Below, piece after piece: positions 34,272 to 38,874 of a stretch of DNA of 38,874 nt. The notes under the pieces are model-generated. The model made no database searches. It saw only the letters and a program-made list of their open reading frames with translations, and was not told the DNA's origin. A program made the translations under genes and the position numbers. The number at the start of each line of letters is the position of its first letter. The stretch's first letter is position 1. The stretch is from Cystobasidiomycetes sp. EMM_F5 (lineage: Eukaryota), in assembly GCA_051047955.1 (NCBI GenBank), contig JBPGPT010000035.1, positions 124,001 through 162,874 on the forward strand, given 5' to 3'.

Positions 34272-36755
34272 TCAAGGCGAGTAGTGAGACGCGAGTACGG
34301 CAGAGTCTGGTGTAGCAGCTCGACTTGCACTCGCAGCGGTCGTAGAAGACTCCGGTGCAGCAAAGACAGGCTGGCCCCGTGGAAAGTTGGTCGAAAGCCG
34401 CTGCAGAGTGAATCGCTTCGACCTCTCTGCTGTTTCCTGGTCACTGGTCGCAGGGTCGCGGTATACTGGCTGGAAATTTGCCCGGATGCGTTCATGCTCT
34501 GTAGCGGACAGGCTACGGGCTCTGCTGATTGGCGATGGACGTGGTGACACTAAGGTGATTGGTGTCAGTCCAGTATCAGGGACCGCGTCTGCTTCAGCGA
34601 GCGAGTTTCTCCCCTTGCGGGAAACGTAAGCATAGCTTGATGGATCTGTTACCGGGCGGAAGGCTTCGAGCGGCGGCAACGAATGCATTTCCGTGATACT
34701 CGGCAGGCGCATCTTGTCCGTGCCCGGAGTATGACGCTCGTTCTCCGAGCCGCGACGTGCTTGGAGCAGTCCAGCAATAGCATCAACTTCCATGTCGGTT
34801 TGGCTGTCGGGGGAGTTGCTTCGGGACCGCATCTCTGACGAGCTAGGCTGTGGCAGATTGTAGCTATCGCGAACGTCTTCGGGAAACAGATCGGCGAGAA
34901 CGCGCGGTTGTCCGACAACGCCCCTCTCCAGATGTCCTCCAGCTGTGTAAGGAAACACTCGGTCGTCACGATGCCGAGCTACATCTTTTGTGCTCAACGA
35001 AGCAGAGCGTTGCATCGGGTAAGGGGCATACAAAGAGGAAGAAGAGCGTGGTTCGCTGCGATGAAGACGCGATGTAGAAGGCTGAGACCTTGACGTGGAA
35101 GGCGGCGGTGCAGTGCCTGCGCCAGCTCCAGTCGGAGGGAACCTCTCTCGTGCGAGAAGCAGAGTCTTTTCTGGAAGATACTGCAGATTGCGCAGGACTT
35201 CTGAAATGTCTTTACCGTCGTGACGACGCCTGACACGTGCTAGGCGAGTGACGCGCAGCTCCTCAAGAAGCATAATGGCTTCGTCGAAGTTTGTCGCTTC
35301 TCTTCCAGAGTTTTTGATGTGCTGGGAGGGAAAGGAGCATTGCAAGATATCATTGTTACGCGGAGCGAAAATGGAAAAGATTTGAGGTAGGTTCGTCACG
35401 GCGGTGCATGTGGAGAGATTGATATTGCATATGATTAGTGTTTGGCAACAGTCAGCTCACATGTTAGATGGCGGGGTTAAGGCGACTTACACCACAGCTA
35501 TTGCAGAGCGATCGCAATCCCAACGGACCACGACGCCAAGGTGCATTATTACCAGAGCATACTACACAGCTTGGTTGTTCGGCAGGGCATGTGTTAATCT
35601 GAATGCCAGCGGTCATAGAGACGACTCGATCAGTAAGAATGAAATAGTAAAGACGTCAATCAGAAAGTCATTACGTACATTGAGGCGAGGATGAGATCTT
35701 GAAGCTGTGCTCATTTTACCGCCAACAAAAACGGGGTGCAAGTATGGCTGATTGTGGGCCATCATACTGGGATGGGAACTGTAGTATGGAGTTGGCACGA
35801 CACCCGTAGGTGGGTAGACGGAATATGGATGGACGAGTGAGGATGACGATGCGTACGCAGATGCACCGGATCGGAGTGTAGGCGGACAAGGGTAAGGACA
35901 GCCGGCGGACAAGGTGGATGGGTACTGTCCGGCTAGAGCTGGATTTGCACTGTTATCTTGAGCAATGTGGGGATAAGGATAAGCTGCGTTATAGTGTGCA
36001 GCAGGGTGCTGAGGATGGGGTGGGTAAGCGTATGAGGGGTGTACGTCCGGTGGTGGGACAGGTACAGGATACGGATGCAAAGAGTGTGGATAGTATAGAT
36101 ACGGAGGGTTGTGAGGAAGAGGTGGGTGATTGGATTGAGCGGCAGAGCTGTGGTGCTCGGCGATCGGATAGAGAGAGTGGGTTGCAGACTGGGTATTCTG
36201 GGTATTTGGAGAGTGAGACGGTTGCACAGCTGATTGTGGGTATGAATGGTTGGGAGACAAGGACTTGTCGCAGGTGCGAGATGAAGTTGAGACTGCTGTC
36301 GACTCGGTAAAAGGGTGCGCACCGGAGACATTGCCGACATCTGTACCAAGGAGAGAAAGCGGCAATGATCCACCGGAAGTCGAGTGGGAAACGGGTGGGT
36401 TGTGCGGAGTATCTGCAGAATGCCCGACTTGTCCTTTTGTCGCTTCTGGGTTCCCCTCCGACATTGGTATCTGTAATGAGAAAGACTGAAGCTCATCGTC
36501 AAACGGTGGATTGGATATCTCGGCTCGCTTCCCGGGAGCGTCAGCTATGTCAGATCCGTCTGCGTGTATAGTCGTGTCATGCTGATGCGAGTCTCGTATG
36601 CTGTCCGCATGGAGAGTAGAAGAGGATCTTGCGTGTGTGGTAGTTTCAGGCGGAGAGTAGACATTCCGGGCTTCAGCTGCATCTGCGAGCATATCTTTTG
36701 ACGCATTTGTGGAAGGTGATGAATCGCCGTCCAGACTGCCAGCGGGGCTCCTCAT
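34272..36755 (-). CDS. GATA-type zinc-finger protein (exons 36755-35679, 35598-35491, 35321-34272; about 744 aa)
   Basis: A 108-nt exon missed by the ORF track encodes INTCPAEQPSCVVCSGNNAPWRRGPLGLRSLCNSCG. It is flanked by phase-0 introns (GTACGT...CAG and GTAAGT...CAG) that join the 396-aa and 375-aa ORFs. There is a P/Y/H-rich region upstream of the finger. Confidence 0.82.
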
Positions 36756-38805
36756 GCACGTTGTGTGACGCAACCGACCAATCTGCCAGACCTGACTCTG
36801 CAAAGCACGGACCTCGTGTGGCTGTTGCCGATATCTTGTGGGATGTCGTGATGGATGGTTAATGTCGCGAATCGCTCAAACTGATCCAAGTGATAGCTGA
36901 TAGCAATGTTCGATAATGAGTACCCGGATTGAATATCTTGCGACTCTACTCCAGCCAGAATTGGTTGATTCGGCCGTGTATATATCTGCCAAAGGAGTCC
37001 TGTCCGGTCGGTACGGTGTTGAAAGGACCAGACATACGCAACCACGCTACAACGCGGCGACGTGTGATTGCGGTGCAGTGCAGTCTGAGCAAGAGTACTG
37101 CGTGAATCGTCAGTCGCGTCAGTCCAGTGCGATAGGGACGTGGGATGGTCCAATAAAACCCCAGGACAGGGCCGGGCAAGGGCTTAGAATTTCAATCAAT
37201 TCTGACTGTGACCTGACTACGGCCGTTCCGCTGTGATTCGCGAGCATTCCCGTCGGAGGTCTCAGCCTGGCTGGTGTTTGCAGAGTTCTTGGTCGTTCCA
37301 ACTCTGGTCAACGATGTCCGGACGCGGTAAGCGAGCGACGAGTACGACGAGGGATCAGACGGGACTGCGATGAGCTGTAAGGTGTTTGCTCGCAGTCTTG
37401 TCGTTGCATTCACGTCTCCAGCACCATGTTGACCTCGTTTCGATATTGTGATGACGCAGCAACGTCGTCAATATGAGACTGTCGATGAATACCCAGACGC
37501 AGCCAGCATGAACAATGAGAGCATGACATGGTTGCAGCGACTCTGGCTGGCTCATCAGAGTTGAATGGTCAGAGTCCAAGATGTAGGGTCCCGAGATGGC
37601 GATACGACGATGGAAGCCTGCATACAAGGATATCATCAACACGATGCTCGGACATTGTTCATGGCCTCATTATCGTTGAAGGTGTCGAATCGCTAGTACG
37701 CTGCGATAAAGCCATTCCAACCTCATTCGGATGCAGGCATTCTGGTTGCGAGAGACGGTGCCAGGCCATCAAGAGCACATATCAGCCATTGCAAGACGCC
37801 AATGTGATCCCATGCTGGTCAAGATGAGAATATCCCGGTCATTGTGCTCGTTGATTGTGATGGATGGCTTGATTTATCCTACAAGTCTCAACTCAACACG
37901 ATGTGACGCGACCCACAGCCATCCTGCTGCCTCTCTGTGACGCTCACTGCAGTCGTCACTTCTTCGCCCTTATGACTTGTGTGGCCCCGACGCGGCCTGC
38001 CGCATTCCTCAACTAAACTCTGAGCCCGCCGTCAGGTCGTGTGCGCGTGGGAGGCTTTCTAGCAGACATTCCGGACAAGACCAACACTCTCAGGACTGTA
38101 ACTCTGTGCCGTGTACTGTTGATACTCCAAGCTTCCTCCTAGAGCATCGCCTAATCTTCCAAAGACGCGCCCGCGTACTCGGAAAATAGGCACGTTTAAT
38201 CTTCAGAGAAGAATATGTATGGATGCAAACGTCGACAAGAGTATACAAGCTGACCGAGAAGCCTACGCTAACAAGAATATCCGACTCCCTTGCGTAGATG
38301 CGCTGAGCTGATCCCAATTGCAGGCGGTACCCGGTCAAATCTGATCAAACCATATATTCGGCAGCCAACTTAAATTATATTTCCAGTCTCAAGAATCTGC
38401 ACGTCGAACATTGCCCAACTCATTGCACTAGACCCTGCACCCCAAGCATCATGACTAACTCAACTCGCGCTAGGAGTAAGCCCGCTAATAATTACAAACG
38501 GCTGATGACGTCGGCCATTTTAAGATTTTGAAAATGGGTAGGTTACGCTTGGAATGACCAAAGACGCCGGGGATACTATCTCAAGCTCTGATGACGATGT
38601 CAGAAAGACACAAGCGCGAAAGAGAGGACTTGCCGGTAAGTAGAAGTTTGACGAAAGCTTGGCTTACGGCACCCTGCGTATTTTCTTCCTGCGAAAGACT
38701 TTTGCTCGAGAGACTGACCTTGTTGGGTGATCATACCAGGCTAACCTAAGATGCGACGATGTTGATGGTGCCGATGAGATGCCGTAGTGATGTTGACCCG
38801 CAGAC

Positions 38806-38850
38806 TATTTAAGGGAGAAGTCGACCCTTCCTTCTCTCTTCTCTTCTTCA
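38806..38850 (+). promoter_or_regulatory. Possible core promoter of a gene beyond the window
   Basis: TATTTAA followed by the pyrimidine tract CCCTTCCTTCTCTCTTCTCTTCTTC. Confidence 0.3.
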
Positions 38851-38874
38851 ACAGACCACATTCCCTCCCACATT

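Noticed and set aside
37992..38003. GCGGC-CT-GCCGC (and CGGC-TA-GCCG near 15826) as further copies of the palindrome
   Set aside because: The spacer is 2 nt rather than 3 and the copies are isolated, so they are compatible with chance.
36800..38800. Short ORFs upstream of the GATA gene
   Set aside because: There is no coherent exon chain or domain. It is most likely a long regulatory/5' region.

Overview
Gene-dense, intron-rich eukaryotic nuclear DNA. Short GT-AG introns with CTRAC-type branch sites and the gene content point to a fungus, probably a basidiomycete yeast (inference). Recognisable genes, in order: Nup84/Nup107 nucleoporin (+), Trm732/THADA (-), a Gly-rich protein with a GPI-like tail (+), a hypothetical protein (-), a Pil1/Lsp1-family eisosome BAR protein (+), a large orphan gene (-), Dlt1-like membrane protein (-), Mrx11/FLILHELTA protein (+), a GH18 class III chitinase-like protein with a GPI-like tail (-), several weak orphan ORFs (+), prohibitin PHB1 (-), a rhodanese+PTP tyrosine phosphatase (+), NFU1 (-) and a GATA zinc-finger protein (-). 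The most striking unexplained structure is a cluster of ten 13-bp palindromes RCGGC-N3-GCCGY (8 perfect, 2 with one mismatch) at 26707-28074. They lie only in non-coding DNA (two PHB1 introns and the PHB1/PTP divergent intergenic region). The intergenic copies alternate in orientation at 66-81 bp spacing, and most spacers are unrelated hairpins, an architecture reminiscent of bacterial REP/BIME/REPIN clusters. All gene models were assembled by eye and no database search was run.
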